A DNA stretch of 64,000 nt from Ginglymostoma cirratum (Eukaryota): assembly GCA_024137785.1 (NCBI GenBank), contig JAHRHZ010000055.1, forward strand, positions 10,731,257 through 10,795,256, given 5' to 3'. Below the pieces are notes generated by a model. It saw only the letters and a program-made list of their open reading frames with translations. It was not told where the DNA came from and did not search any database. Of the stretch, positions 49,201 through 60,910 are shown in pieces (within the stretch, counting starts at the first letter, position 1; each line of letters begins with the position of its first letter). The translations under genes and the position numbers were made by a program.

Positions 49201-49440
49201 ATCGAGAATGAGAGGACACAGCTTTAAAGTAAAAAAAAAGAAACAATAATGTGGAGAAAAGCGTTTTCACACAATGAGTGGTTCAGGTCTGGAAAGCACT
49301 GCCTAAGAGTGTTGGTAGAGGCAGGTTCATTTGAGGCATTCAAAAGGAAATTCAACAGTTGCTGAAAATCTGCTAATGAAGAAAGAGCAGGGTTATGGGG
49401 AGGAGAGTGGGACTGAGCCAGATGCTCATTTGGAGAGCCG
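46300..49440 (+). mobile_element. Near full-length but disrupted CR1 ORF2 (APE endonuclease + RT + 3' end)
   Basis: HLNTQSIQNKVDE (APE start), AILDLV...GRSDQYMIEF, EELNKYFASV, PRPDGLYPQILK, LFTIYINDL...FADDTKIGG, RMRGHSFKV; many stops. Confidence 0.92.
48065..48613 (+). mobile_element. Family C PLE 3' end/pLTR inserted in the CR1 RT with a 12-bp TSD
   Basis: TSD taatgggcagga at 48053-48064 and 48614-48625. Degenerate hammerhead CTGAGGA-A-GGAGC-AAT-GCTTA-GAAAGC at 48531-48557, then aataaacctgttggactataac as in 42184-42380. Confidence 0.85.
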
Positions 49441-49861
49441 ACGCAATTGGCATGATTACCCCCTCGCTAGAGGCACTGAGGAAGGTGACAAGAAGAACAA
49501 ATAATTGTCCCAGCGAGACACTCATCCTCTTCTCACTACCTCAGCTCTTAAGTGTAGGGTGGAAAGGTCTATAGGTGACCAGCACAATTCATCACCAACT
49601 GATGCTCTTAACTGGTCAATTAACAGCCTCTCAAGGACCTCAACTTGCCACTGACCTGACTTTCTGCCTTCCAGTTCCTGACAGGGAAACCAGGAAGGCC
49701 TGCCTAATGGATTTGGGGATCAGTGTCTCTACTTGGTCTGATCTCATACTCAGTCATTGCCAGCCTCTGTTTGACCAGTAGCTTCCTGCACAGTGGAATT
49801 TCAATATTAAGACTCATAATTCACCAACAAGCTCAACAGTGAGCTCTTAAGTGGAACAAGC

Positions 49862-50100
49862 ATGGAGACACCCTGCAGGTCTGTCAGTATCTGTGGAGAT
49901 TGATACAGAGTTAAAGTTGAGTCCAAAGACTTTTCTTCAGAACTGAAGTTTAGAACAGAACAGTTCTGTAAAAGAGTCATATTGGACTTCAAACATTAAC
50001 TCTGCTTGTCTCACCACAGATGCTGCCAGACCTGCTGAGCTGCTCCAGCATTACCTGTGCCTGTTTCAGATTTTCCATATCTGATGTATTTTGCTTTTAT
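49862..50100. mobile_element. Old family B fold-back pLTR element
   Basis: gcaggtctgtcagtatctgtggag...gagttaa...cttcagaactg and cagttctgtaaaagagtc...ttaactctg...cacagatgctgccagacctgc are inverted arms. Confidence 0.7.
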
Positions 50101-50417
50101 TCAAGCTCTGGAATGGAATTGTTGCACTGTTGGACAGGGTGAGGAGTCAGACACAGCTGAAGCTTCTCAGCCAATCACGAGCCTCAATCCTGACGTCCTG
50201 CCCTGCCAAACATCGCTGACCAATCAAAGACCAGAAGATTCTGGGTCTTAGAATCATTGCTTGAGTGGTTTAAGGCCGAAACGGCAAAAGGTTAAGTGCT
50301 TTTCTTTCAAGTCCTATGAGGTCAGCAGTCACAGGGAAAGGGGGAACATGGCACTCTGAGGCAAAGATAGGCCCCATCTCTGTCTACAACTGGACTCTGA
50401 TTGGGGCAAATTGGGCC

Positions 50418-50537
50418 TCCCCCCCACCCCCGCCCCCCCCCCCCCCCGACCCCGTGCCTCCCCACCTCCGCCCCCCCCACCCCCCGACCCCGTGCCTCCC
50501 CACCGCCGCCTCCCCCACCCACCGACCCCGTGCCTCC
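50418..50537 (+). repeat. C-rich minisatellite, ~37-39 bp unit, running into a gap
   Basis: ccgaccccgtgcctcc recurs at ~50446, ~50483 and ~50522, separated by C-runs. Confidence 0.8.
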
Positions 50538-50937
50538 NNNNNNNNNNNNNNNNNNNNNNNNNNNNNNNNNNNNNNNNNNNNNNNNNNNNNNNNNNNNNNN
50601 NNNNNNNNNNNNNNNNNNNNNNNNNNNNNNNNNNNNNNNNNNNNNNNNNNNNNNNNNNNNNNNNNNNNNNNNNNNNNNNNNNNNNNNNNNNNNNNNNNNN
50701 NNNNNNNNNNNNNNNNNNNNNNNNNNNNNNNNNNNNNNNNNNNNNNNNNNNNNNNNNNNNNNNNNNNNNNNNNNNNNNNNNNNNNNNNNNNNNNNNNNNN
50801 NNNNNNNNNNNNNNNNNNNNNNNNNNNNNNNNNNNNNNNNNNNNNNNNNNNNNNNNNNNNNNNNNNNNNNNNNNNNNNNNNNNNNNNNNNNNNNNNNNNN
50901 NNNNNNNNNNNNNNNNNNNNNNNNNNNNNNNNNNNNN
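50538..50937. other. Assembly gap (400 N)
   Basis: Run of N. Confidence 1.
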
Positions 50938-51027
50938 GAAGAAGGGTCCAGACCCAAAACAACAGCTTTCCTGCTCCTCTGATGCTGCTTGGCCTGCTGT
51001 GTTCATCCAGCTCTACGCCTTGTTATA
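50938..51027 (+). mobile_element. Family A pLTR 3' part, starting inside the hammerhead core at the gap edge
   Basis: gaagaagggtccagacccaaaacaacagctttcctgctcctctgatgctgcttggcctgctgtgttcatccagctctacgccttgttat. Confidence 0.85.
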
Positions 51028-51034
51028 TCATAAT

Positions 51035-51985
51035 CTGTCCAATCTCTCTTCATAACTGAAACTCTGCAGCCCAGGCAACATCCTGACAGATATCCTCTAC
51101 GATGCTATCACATCCCTCCTATAATGTGGATTCCAGACTACGCACTAGCTGTGGCCTGACCAATATTTTACATGGTTTCAGTCTAAACCTCTTGCTCTTA
51201 AACTCTACGTTTTGAGGAATAAAGGTAAGTATCCCGCATGCATTCTTTACCAGTTTATATATCTGTCTGATAACTTAAGGAACTGGTGTACATGCACACC
51301 AAGATCCTCTGATCCTTGGTGCTTCCCAGACTTTGAGAATTCATCATGTACTCGCTTGCCTTGTTTTGTCCTGCCCAAGTGCATCACTGTGCATTTATTC
51401 AGATTTTGTTTGCCACTGACTAGCCCATCTGACCAGTCCATCTATATCCCTTTGTAGTCTAAGGCAATCCTCCTCACTATTTGCAACCCCAAAAATTTTT
51501 GTATTGAGTGTGAATTTACCGACCAACCTTCCTCACATTCAAATCACAATTATTTATATAAACAACAAACAGCAGAGGCCCCAGTACTGACCAATGTGGG
51601 ACCCCACTGGACATAGGCTTCCAGTCGGAAAAATATCCCTCAGCCATCACTCGCGGTTTCCTGCCACTCAGCCAATTATGTATCTAATTTGCTGAATTTC
51701 CTTTGATCTCATGGACTCTTATCTTGGTTATAAGTCTCCCATGCAGGAGTATATCAAAGGCCTTTGATGTAGTCCACTTGGGCTTTAGTAAAGCATTGCC
51801 CTCATCTACACACCTGGTCACCTCTTATGTTGGTCAAACATGACCTCCCCTTAACAAAACCATGCTGACTGTTCTTGATTTATCCCTGCTTTTTTCCAAA
51901 TGCAGGTTAATTCTATCCCTCAGAACTGCTTCCAATTGTTTCCCCACCACCAATGTTAGACCAACCAGCCTGTAACTGCCATTTG
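51035..51985 (-). mobile_element. CR1 RT fragment
   Basis: Minus ORF NLNKCTVMHLGR...DLGVHVHQFLK; cccagtactgaccaatgtgggacc is a decayed GVPQGSVLG on the minus strand. Confidence 0.8.
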
Positions 51986-52474
51986 GTTGATGGTTTCTCC
52001 CATGGTGATCATAGCACGTGACTGAACTGCAAAATCTTCCTTCACAGCCAGTAACTTAAATTTGCTGCTAAAAACAAGGATCAAAAGCCAGCACTGTCAA
52101 AAATCATCCAGTTGGCTTTTATCATCGGTTCAAAACATTGACACAGCACTATTAGAAATGAAGAGTTTATACATTATGAAACGCTCCTTCATGCTATTAC
52201 CCCCTGTGACTCAAATGATACTTTATTTTCCACTGAAATGGCAATTATAAATATACAACATATTACTTTGTTGCTAAAAGGTAGATGTACTTAATGTAAA
52301 AGCGTCTCCAGAGTGCAGTTGCCTTAAAAAGACAATTGGGAGGTAAATTAGAGCTGAAAGCATTGTTTCAAGGTTGACAGGTGTATAAAAACTACAGACA
52401 TCAGATGAGAAGTAACCATCAAAAAAAAAATTTCTTAAATCACTTTACAGTTTGAGTGCCAGTAAATTCTATAA

Positions 52475-52690
52475 AATCATAGAATTATACTCAGGGAAGG
52501 AGGCCCTTTGGTCCATCATATCTGTGCCAGCTCTTTGACAAAGCTAGTAAACTAGTTCCAATTCCCACCTCCTTCTCATGAGCTTTCTTTTCGTCTTCAA
52601 GCATCTATCCATTTGTTTTTTAAAAGTTGTGACTTAAACAGCATCTACCACCCTTTCAGAAAGTGCATTTCAAATCATAGCAACAGGTAT
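52475..52690 (-). mobile_element. CR1 3' tail (old)
   Basis: aatcatagaatt...ggaggccctttggtccatc tail. Confidence 0.55.
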
Positions 52691-53530
52691 ATAAGTAAAT
52701 TATTTCAGATCTGACAGTTTATGACCTCGCTTCTTCCCTGACATATACATAGGTATTGGTAATGACTAAAATAAAATGAAATGTCAATATTTCTTCTTTA
52801 GTTACAGAATGACTCATTACAGACCTTCCAATGAGATAAACAAATTGCAATTAGTAAACTAAACTTTACCAAGTCCAAATATTTTGGCACAATTTTTCTT
52901 GTTAAACATTTATTCTTAAAGGCCAGACGATAGTCTGTACATTTCAGATTAATGGATTTACTGGTGAACATGAAGGGCTATTGGAGTCAGTGATTCAAAT
53001 GTGTTCTAATGTTTTAGTGAAGATTTTCTAACACACGAGCAGTAAATGCACATGGTCTGTTCAACCACAAGTAACTGTTTGTTTGATCTGCTAGAATGCA
53101 TTTCAGAGAGAGATGGTGCTGTTCTCTTGAAGGCTAAGAGTGTTTATCTCAGAGAGCAGCTGAACTAGAGAGAACAGGACAATCTAGGATCCAGTGTTCA
53201 ATCTGTAGAGAGTGAGCTGAGCTCAGCCAAAAAGGCACGAGGGAATTTACAGTCGGTATAACTGCCCTGTGGTTACAGAAGGCAGGGGTGAGTCCAGCAC
53301 TTCTGCTCCGATCACAGTCACCCCAGCTGGATGTCAAAGATAGACAGATTCAGGCTGAGCTTTGATGTCCCCTGTGATCAGTAGCTTGTCAGATAATTCC
53401 ACAGTTGGCATGCTGATAGCTTGCAAGTACCAAAGAAGGACTCATTGAATCATTCCACATTAAGGAATCAATGCCTTCTGGGGGGGTGATGGAAAATTGA
53501 AATCTGACAAAAGAAAAATTAAGTCACTTG

Positions 53531-54050
53531 GAGATAGGAAGAACTGCAGACACTGGACTCAGAGTCAATACAGCATGGAGCTGGAGGAACACAGCAGGCC
53601 AAGCAGCATCAGAGGAGCAGGAAAGTCGACATTTCAGACCTGGACCCTTCATCAGGACTGGGGAGGGGAAAGGAAGCAGAGAAATAAATAGAGGGAGGAG
53701 GGGTGGGGCTGGGGGAAGGTAGGTGGGATGGCGATAGGTGGATGCAGGTAGGGGGTAGTGGGGATTGGTCAGTGGGAAGGGTAGAGTGGATAGGTGGGGG
53801 AGAAGATAGGCAAGTTGTGTCAGGTCAAGGAGGCAGGGATGAGAGCGAGGGTTGGACATGGAATGAGGCCAGGAGGTGGGGAGATACTGAAACTGGTGAA
53901 TTTTATGTTTATGCCATCCAGCTGTAGGCTCCCGAGGCGGAATATGAGGTGTTGTTCCTCCAGCTTGCATGTGGCATCATTGTGGCACTGGAGGAGGCCC
54001 AGGATGGACATGTCACCAAGGGAGTGGGAGGGGGAGTTAAAATGGTCAGA
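53531..54050 (-). mobile_element. Family A Penelope fragment (GIY-YIG C-terminus + pLTR, degenerate hammerhead)
   Basis: Minus ORF 53820-54011 MSILGLLQCHNDATCKLEEQHLIFRLGSLQLDGIN is homologous to 1456-1803. Minus-strand CTGATGA-A-GGGTCCAGGTCT-GAAAT-GTC at ~53625-53657. Confidence 0.9.
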
Positions 54051-54589
54051 GGGCTAGGCAGTATCTATACATTCAGAAATGAAGTCAACATTTCGGGTCA
54101 ATTACCTTTTTGATAATAACAGTTATCAATCTAACACATTGGACTGAATATTGTCATCATGGGCAGGGGACCTAACAACAGATCAGGAAGCCAGGGATGA
54201 CACAGCCTCGACCTTTGCAGGATTCCATAGCACATCTTTGCAGGTCAAGCAACTAATTAGTTGCCATCTAGGGTGCTATCCCTTTAATAGAGGGCTACAC
54301 CCACCCAACAGCCTGAGTAGCACCATCTGGAGAAATGGCCAATGCTGGGAATACGTGAGGAATAAGACAAGAAAGAAACACACTGCATGCTGGGCTTTCT
54401 ACTAAGTGGAGTGGCGGAAAATAGGAGTGGTGTTGCTGCAGTGGCCATTATTCCCTCTGGGAGACCCTCTGTGGCGATTGTATACTCAAATGAGCTCCAC
54501 CAGAGCTCACAGGGAGCCTGCCAAGGTTAACCGTATGGCAGTGAGTCCACTAAATGCTGATAAGATGCCATGGGAGAAACTCTTAATGA

Positions 54590-54700
54590 CTAGAATTAGA
54601 ATTAGAATTAGCTTTATTGTCACATGTACTCACATGAGTACAGTGAAAAGTTTACAAGTCGACACTTATGGAGCCATCTTAGACACAAATGTACCTAAAT
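54590..54700 (-). mobile_element. Short element with a Rex1/Babar-type tail
   Basis: Reverse complement aagatggctcc...cttttcactgtactcatgtgagtacatgtgacaataaag plus (ctaatt)n. Confidence 0.65.
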
Positions 54701-54704
54701 TGGT

Positions 54705-55115
54705 TGATTGGCTGATTTATTGTTGTCACGTTTATTGAGATACAGTGAAAAGTGTTGTTTTGCGTGCTATACAGACAGATCATACCATACAAAGTGCATC
54801 AGGGTAGCAGAACAGAGTGCAGATACAGTGTTACAGCCACAAAGCAGGTGCAGGGAGAGAGAGATCAACATTAACATTTGAGAGGTCTGTTCAAAAGTCT
54901 GATAATAGCAAGGATGAAGCTGTTCTTCAAGCTATTCATACGTGTATTCCAACATTTATATCTTCCGCCTGACGGAAGAGGGTGGAAGAGAATATAACTG
55001 GGGTGGGAGGGATCTTTGATTACGTTGGTCATTTTTCTGAGGCAGTGAGAAGTATAGATGGAGTCAATGGCTGGAAGGTTGGTTTGAATGATGGACTGGG
55101 CCGTGTTCATGATTC
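54705..55115 (-). mobile_element. Rex1/Babar LINE 3' fragment
   Basis: Minus ORF TAQSII...LPAIDSIYTSHCLRK...IKDPSHPSYILFHPLPSGGRY...NSF..AIIRLLN is the Rex1/Babar RT C-terminal domain. Confidence 0.8.
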
Positions 55116-55399
55116 TTAAATACTTAAGTAGTTCAGTTGACCTCTGAGTAGGTGAGTCATTCTCCACCTCCCCCAACATTGGTAAAATAGCACGGAGTCA
55201 GGAAACTGACGGTACCCAACTTCCCTCATCATTTCACAGGCGCACTCCCAAGCCCCCACCCTCTCAACCCATCCCCACCATTCATCTCCAAATGCATTCA
55301 ACCCATTTACTCTGCTTCTCTTTCCTGGATGCTGCTTGACTAGCCACATATTTTCAGCATTTTCTGTAATTAAATAATTACTCCACTTGGCAGCTCAGT

Positions 55400-55487
55400 A
55401 CAATATACAATTTATTGTCACGTACTCCATTGTAGGAGTACAGTGAAAGACTTTTACAATGTCTGCCTTCTTATGGCGACATCCATG
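55400..55487 (-). mobile_element. Short element with a Rex1/Babar-type tail
   Basis: Reverse complement gatgtcgccataag...ctttcactgtactcctacaatggagtacgtgacaataaa. Confidence 0.55.
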
Positions 55488-55532
55488 CATTTTAAAATTA
55501 CTTATTTATTGCCTGACCAAATTATGCACGAA

Positions 55533-55767
55533 CAAAAACAGAAGCTGCTGGTAAAGCTCAGCAGGTCTGACAGCATCTGTGAAGAAAAAAATCAGAGTTA
55601 ATGTTTCAGGTCTGGTGACCCTTCCTCAGAACTGTTCTGAGGAAGGGTCACAGGACCCGCAATGTTAACTCTGATTTTCTCTTCACAGATACTGCCAGAC
55701 CCACTGAGCTTTACCAGCAACTTCTGTCTTTGTTCCTGATGTACAGCATCCACAGTTCTTTTGGTTT
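55533..55767. mobile_element. Family B fold-back double-hammerhead mini-element with a 14-bp TSD
   Basis: TSD aaattatgca(c/t)gaa at 55519-55532 and 55768-55781. Palindrome centred on 55633. CTGAGGA-A-GGGTC-N4-GACCY on both strands. Confidence 0.92.
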
Positions 55768-56534
55768 AAATTATGCATGAATGACTTTAAGACTCTAGCC
55801 CTGTGAAGAAGGGGTTTATTCTCAACAAATTGGTTTCGGAGGGAGACTAATTATTAAACAATGCTTCCTGAGTTCCACATGTTTCATTTGGAGACTTGGC
55901 CATTTGAGAGCCATCTGTTTTTTCTCCCCATGTGAGATGCAGTTTTAAAAACATTAGATCATTGAAGTTTTTTTTTCAAGCTCCCTAATTTCAGAAAATT
56001 TCTAGAAGAACTCTGCAATTCAGTGCTTACAGCTATGAAAAGGCAACTAATAAGCAGTTAGCTAGATTGCTGATTGCAGACAAAGTTTGATGTGGAAAAT
56101 GTCTGAGAGAAAGAGAATAGAATTGTAGGATTGTGGCATTTTGTTTAAACGAATCAATCATACGCTCTTCCTCAAGATGGCCAGACTGATAACACAGCAA
56201 TCAAAACCTTCATGTCCAAACCACATTCAGTGATACCCTAGGCCTAAATCTCTAGTTTAAAAGATGACAATGCAACAAATGTGTGAGACAGTTCAGTTGG
56301 ATAATTTTTGAACTGCTCCCTCACCATTCTGTATTTTACAATATCTCATTTCAATGTAACCTTGAACTTTTTGCATGTGTCACATGCCAGTGTATGGTAT
56401 GTTAAGTCAATGATAATATTGATCAAAAGAAGTATCTTATTTCGTATTGAAACAAGCGTATGTACTGCAAATGCTAGGAAACTCATATATGAACAGAAAT
56501 TACTGGGAATATTCGGGACTTTCTGAAATGTATA

Positions 56535-56685
56535 TGGAGAAAGAAAGAGAACTAACATTTCAGGCCATTGAGCTTTTGTCAGAAACGTCCCCAGACTTGC
56601 CAATTTGAAGCATTACCTCTGTTTCTCACTCTATATATGCTACCAGACCCGGTGAGCATTCTGGCACTTTTTTGTTTCAATTAAC
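56535..56685. mobile_element. Very degenerate family B fold-back remnant
   Basis: gagaactaacatttcagg...ttgtcagaa followed by ttacctctgtttctc...atgctaccagacccggtgagcatt. Confidence 0.5.
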
Positions 56686-57444
56686 AGCCATGCATAGGTA
56701 GCATTTCAAATGATAATCACTTCCATTACTCAAACAACAGGTACTAAACGTTGTATTTTGATCAAAAATATGTCTATTCCTGGTTGTTTTTAAAAGGAAG
56801 ACAAAAAAGATAAAACTAAAAAAAACTATGAATTAGCCATTCAATCCTTTGATCTGTCTCAAATTTACTCATCCTGATCAAGTGACAGTCCCTTCTGACA
56901 GCTAGCTGCTAGATCCTCAAAGAAGTTAGTTTGGACAATCTCAAAGCACAACATAAAACTATTTTACTGATTTGCCAATCAAACTGTGGGACTATTGGAA
57001 GGATAATGGTTTAATAATGACTGTATCCTTTATATAAGGAATAATGCCTGTTCTAGGGACAGTATAGAAAACAAGTTACTCTGTATTTGGTCCTGCTGCA
57101 CTGTATGTACCTTGAAGAGAAAGAATTAAAGTCAACATTATCTCCCCGAAATAGAAAAGAATTCAGATTCCTGGTACAGTGCTGCCATCCCTCAGTTCAA
57201 GCTTCAATTTTAAAAAGTACTGTTTAATCTTGAAAACCACAGCCACTAATCTGGCATCCAACATGACAAATTCTGAAGCCACAATTATTTGTACAATTGT
57301 TTATTATCAGTTGAAGGCTATTTTATGGAAATACATAACTTCTTTACACTGTGTTGCTCTCACAGCCTTTTACGATGTAGGCAATGATATCACCTCCAGC
57401 AGGTCCTTCTTAAAAGAACACCGGTGTCGTTGCCATGAAGTCAA

Positions 57445-57541
57445 GGTAGTTTTTAACCAACCTGCTCAGAGACGTTATTTAACACCTCAAGAGCAGGTGG
57501 GACTTGAATCCAGGACCACTACCACCGTACCACAAGAGCCC
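57445..57541 (-). mobile_element. tRNA-derived SINE head
   Basis: Reverse complement gggctcttgtggtacggtggtagtgg...ggattcaagtcccacc (A and B boxes). Confidence 0.55.
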
Positions 57542-58187
57542 CTCCAATGAAGTCAGTAGTTTGACTCCTTATTAGCACCGGACTTGATGAGTTACTGTTC
57601 ATTTTGCAACGAGCACCTGCTATAAGCAGCGAAGCTACAAACACCTTTCAATGGGACACATTACCCCCTTACCTACATCCGGATAGCTAAAGTAACTCCT
57701 TCACATCGGGAGTGCACAGCCTCGGTAAAACAGGGCACTCAAACCTGTAACCCAGGTTTTTGTACCATTTAATAAGGCACCTGCCGGCGGTAGGACCCAG
57801 AAGAATTCGCTGTCAATGTTTTAGGACGTTGAGTGGTCAGGAAGGGGTTCGAGTGGTCAGCTACTGAGGCCTTGAAATAACCTGAATTCAGAAAATTATT
57901 TTTCCCCAGATGCATTTATAAAGCGTCTCCGTTTCCACTGATCAAGAAACGGGAAATAAATAAAAGCATGGCTGAGTGTTAAAAGCATTCACTTCTACAT
58001 GTGAATACGCCCTTTAACATCACAGCTTCTCAATAGTCAATTACTTGCAGTGATCAAGATGTCAGGGAACATTTAATGAGGAAATACTAAAACCAGAGAT
58101 CACGGATCCGTATTCATACCACACAAGGAGAGTCACATCTTGACTGCAGTTTGTATATAGAAATGCAATTACACCCGCGCCTGTTAC

Positions 58188-58700
58188 CTTTTACAATTGT
58201 GCAAATTTTTTTGGGGGGGGGAAAAGTTGCAAGCAGATGGTCCACGATGTAAAACAGATCCTACCTTGTGTTTTTTTTTCGCGCAAAAGCCTCCCTTTTG
58301 CTTCAGTGTATCTTCTAGAGTGGCGTGTTGGTTCCCCAGCGGAACAGAGCTGCTGACAGTTCGGTCTCATCCACTGACTCTTAAAGTGGCAACGCTCCTC
58401 TCGCTGCTGTGGAAGCTTCAAACCTTGCGGCGGCTTTCGTTCTTTCCTGGTTAACACACTCTCCTATTCCATCCCCCCCAAACAGCTACTGGAGTAATGT
58501 TTCATTTGCCCAGGTCCCAGCACGGCTCGAGAGAAGCCAGTTAGTTACAACATTCTGGTTTATATAAATCACTGCCCTGGGTTCAGTTAGAATGAGGTCA
58601 CATCTAGTTGACAGAATATTATTCGGTTCGAGGGATTTTGTCCAACAACACTCGTCATCAGGCCCTGACACTTCCTGATTCAGGAGAGTGGAGTTTTATT
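58188..58700 (-). promoter_or_regulatory. Candidate Pol II promoter and first exon of an unidentified minus-strand gene
   Basis: Apparently non-repetitive and locally CpG-enriched. TTTATATAAA at 58559-58568, with TGAGGTCA and ACTTCC motifs upstream on the minus strand. Downstream donors CAAG|GTAGGA (58265) and AAAG|GTAACA (58188). Confidence 0.4.
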
Positions 58701-60149
58701 TATTTCTTTGCTGTCTGTCATAATCTGGGCCATCTCACGATTCATTTCAGTGTTGGTATAAAGCGTCAGTCACACAATACAAAATTATTTTCCCAAACCT
58801 TGCGTTATGTCAGAATAGTAGAACAAATTAAACATTGCGCAACTCTCCCATTCACCAGGTTTTGTGAAGAACATGGGATGTTTGATGTTGGCTTATTGCT
58901 ATTTGATGGCAAATGATGAATTGCGTTTCCATCTTATTCCTTGCATTATATGGGGACACTGTCCACATGACGTTTTGGATTCCCTGCCTCAAATTTTGCG
59001 TGGCTTTCAGTGAATATCCCCATAATGAAGATGTATCACTTTCTTCCCTAGAAGAAAGAAGCCAAAGGAAAACTCCAAAACAAAGAGGTGAAAGGACTCT
59101 CAAAGCACATCGAAAGCAGATTATAAGACTGTGTACCAATCTAACATCCCTTGTTCATTAACCTATCACTTTGCAAAGATACTTCCTTCCTGTGTACTCA
59201 TTGCCAGGTGAAGCGTAATCTATCAAGAGGTCTGTGTCAGCACTGTGTAGCTGGCGATGGCATCCTGCTGGTTGCCAACCTATTCTGCTACTCTTGAAAT
59301 GGCAGACTGCCAAGTGAATGGGAACAGCGAAAGTGCTGAACTATACCTGCTTCCAAAATACCATTATAATGATTGCAGGTTCTGTAAATAGGATCTTGAC
59401 TCCAAAATCAAATCTAACATTTCTCTAGTCCGCTAAGATGAAGATGGCTACAGGGAATTGTTTTAGCATCCTTTGCTTTGCCATTCTACTTCACACACAT
59501 TGTATATCAAAGCTATAATGCATCCTACAGGAAATCATTATACTTCTGCATCGCACCATTGAGGAAACCTACCATTTCACGTCTGGCAAATGTCTTGCAA
59601 CATACATAGTTAGTTTCACCCATTCGTTCCATCAAAAGTATCTTCACTGACAATGAAATTTAGCTTTCTTTCCATTGCCAATTGCTATTTGGAACTATGA
59701 ATCATATAGTAACCAGTCCTGTTGCATACTCAGACCAACCATGAATGATGGAACATTTCCTTTTGTTGCTTTCTATCGGGTATCAAAGTAAAATAAGTTA
59801 GTGCAATTCCAATTAATTATACTGGGTCAGCAGTACCAAACTACCTGTCATTTGGCAAAAGAATGAAGTAGTAGGAGTTGCTGCACTGAGAGAGCAGTTA
59901 AAGTCCATAATTATGGCAGAACAGAAAAAAAATTATTCCAACTATTAATACAACAAAGCAAATGTGTCTTTTTTACAATTAAATGTATGCTTATTTTCAA
60001 TCCAAATACTATATACTTAAAGTAAGACTTAGCCACAAAATTTGAAGCAGTTCTGTTGTCAAATATAAATAGAACTACTCCTGTGGAAGTACTGAGCTCC
60101 TCTGTTTAACCTCGTCACCTGAATGCACTTTTGCTACATCTTTGAATGT

Positions 60150-60910
60150 GACCCCAAATAACATTTGCACCACACAAATGCCAATCAATGACCATCTCTA
60201 GTCAAAGACAATCTAACCACTCCCCTTGACTTTCAATAGTGTTATCATCACTGACTACCCCACTATCAACTTCCTTGGGGGTTACCATTCATGAGAAACT
60301 CAACTGAACTCACCACCTAAACACAGTGGCGACAAGAGCAGGTCAGAGGCTAGGAATGCTGTGACAAGAAACTCACCTCCTGACTCCCCAAAGCCTGTCC
60401 ATTATCCACAAGGCACAAGTTAGGAGTGTGATGGAATACTCTCCACTTGCCTGGTCTGGTGCAGCTCCAACAACACTCAAGAAGCTTGACACCATCCAGG
60501 ACAAAGCAGCCTGCTTGATTGGCATCACTCAATACTTTGTATCAGCAATGTGTCCTGTGTAAAAGATGTACTGCAGAAATTCAACAAAGATCCTCAGACA
60601 GCACCTTCCAAACCCACAAACACTTCCATCTAGAACGGCAAGGGCATCAGATATATAGAAACACCACCAACTGCAAGTTCCCCTCCAAACCACTGACTAT
60701 GCTACGTTGGGAATATATTGGTGTTCCTTCACTGCTGTGAGGTCAAAATCCCGTAATTCCCTCCCTAAGGGCATTGTGGGTCTACCTACGGCACATGGAC
60801 TGAAGTGGTTCAAGAAGGCAGCTCACCAACATCTTCTCAAGTGCAACTAGGAATGGGCGTAAATTTTGGACCGATTCGTGATACCCATGTCCCACGAATG
60901 AATAAAAAAA
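60150..60910 (+). mobile_element. L2-type LINE 3' fragment
   Basis: aaggcacaagttaggagtgtgatggaatactctccacttgcctgg...aagaagcttgacaccatccagg; ends cccacgaatgaataaaaaaa. Confidence 0.85.

Noticed and set aside
50316-51059. Six long Pro/Gly-rich ORFs of 190-250 aa
   Set aside because: They are open only because they cross a C-rich minisatellite and 400 Ns.
53140-53500. Possible ancient SINE-like repeat
   Set aside because: Looks repeat-like, but there is no second copy in the window and no diagnostic motif I can verify.
26370-55767. Hairpin elements as DNA-transposon MITEs or miRNA genes
   Set aside because: TSDs vary from 10 to 16 bp, arms are unequal, and the family A sequence terminates GIY-YIG PLE fragments (2148, 53531). 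A PLE origin explains them, and there is no evidence for a miRNA.
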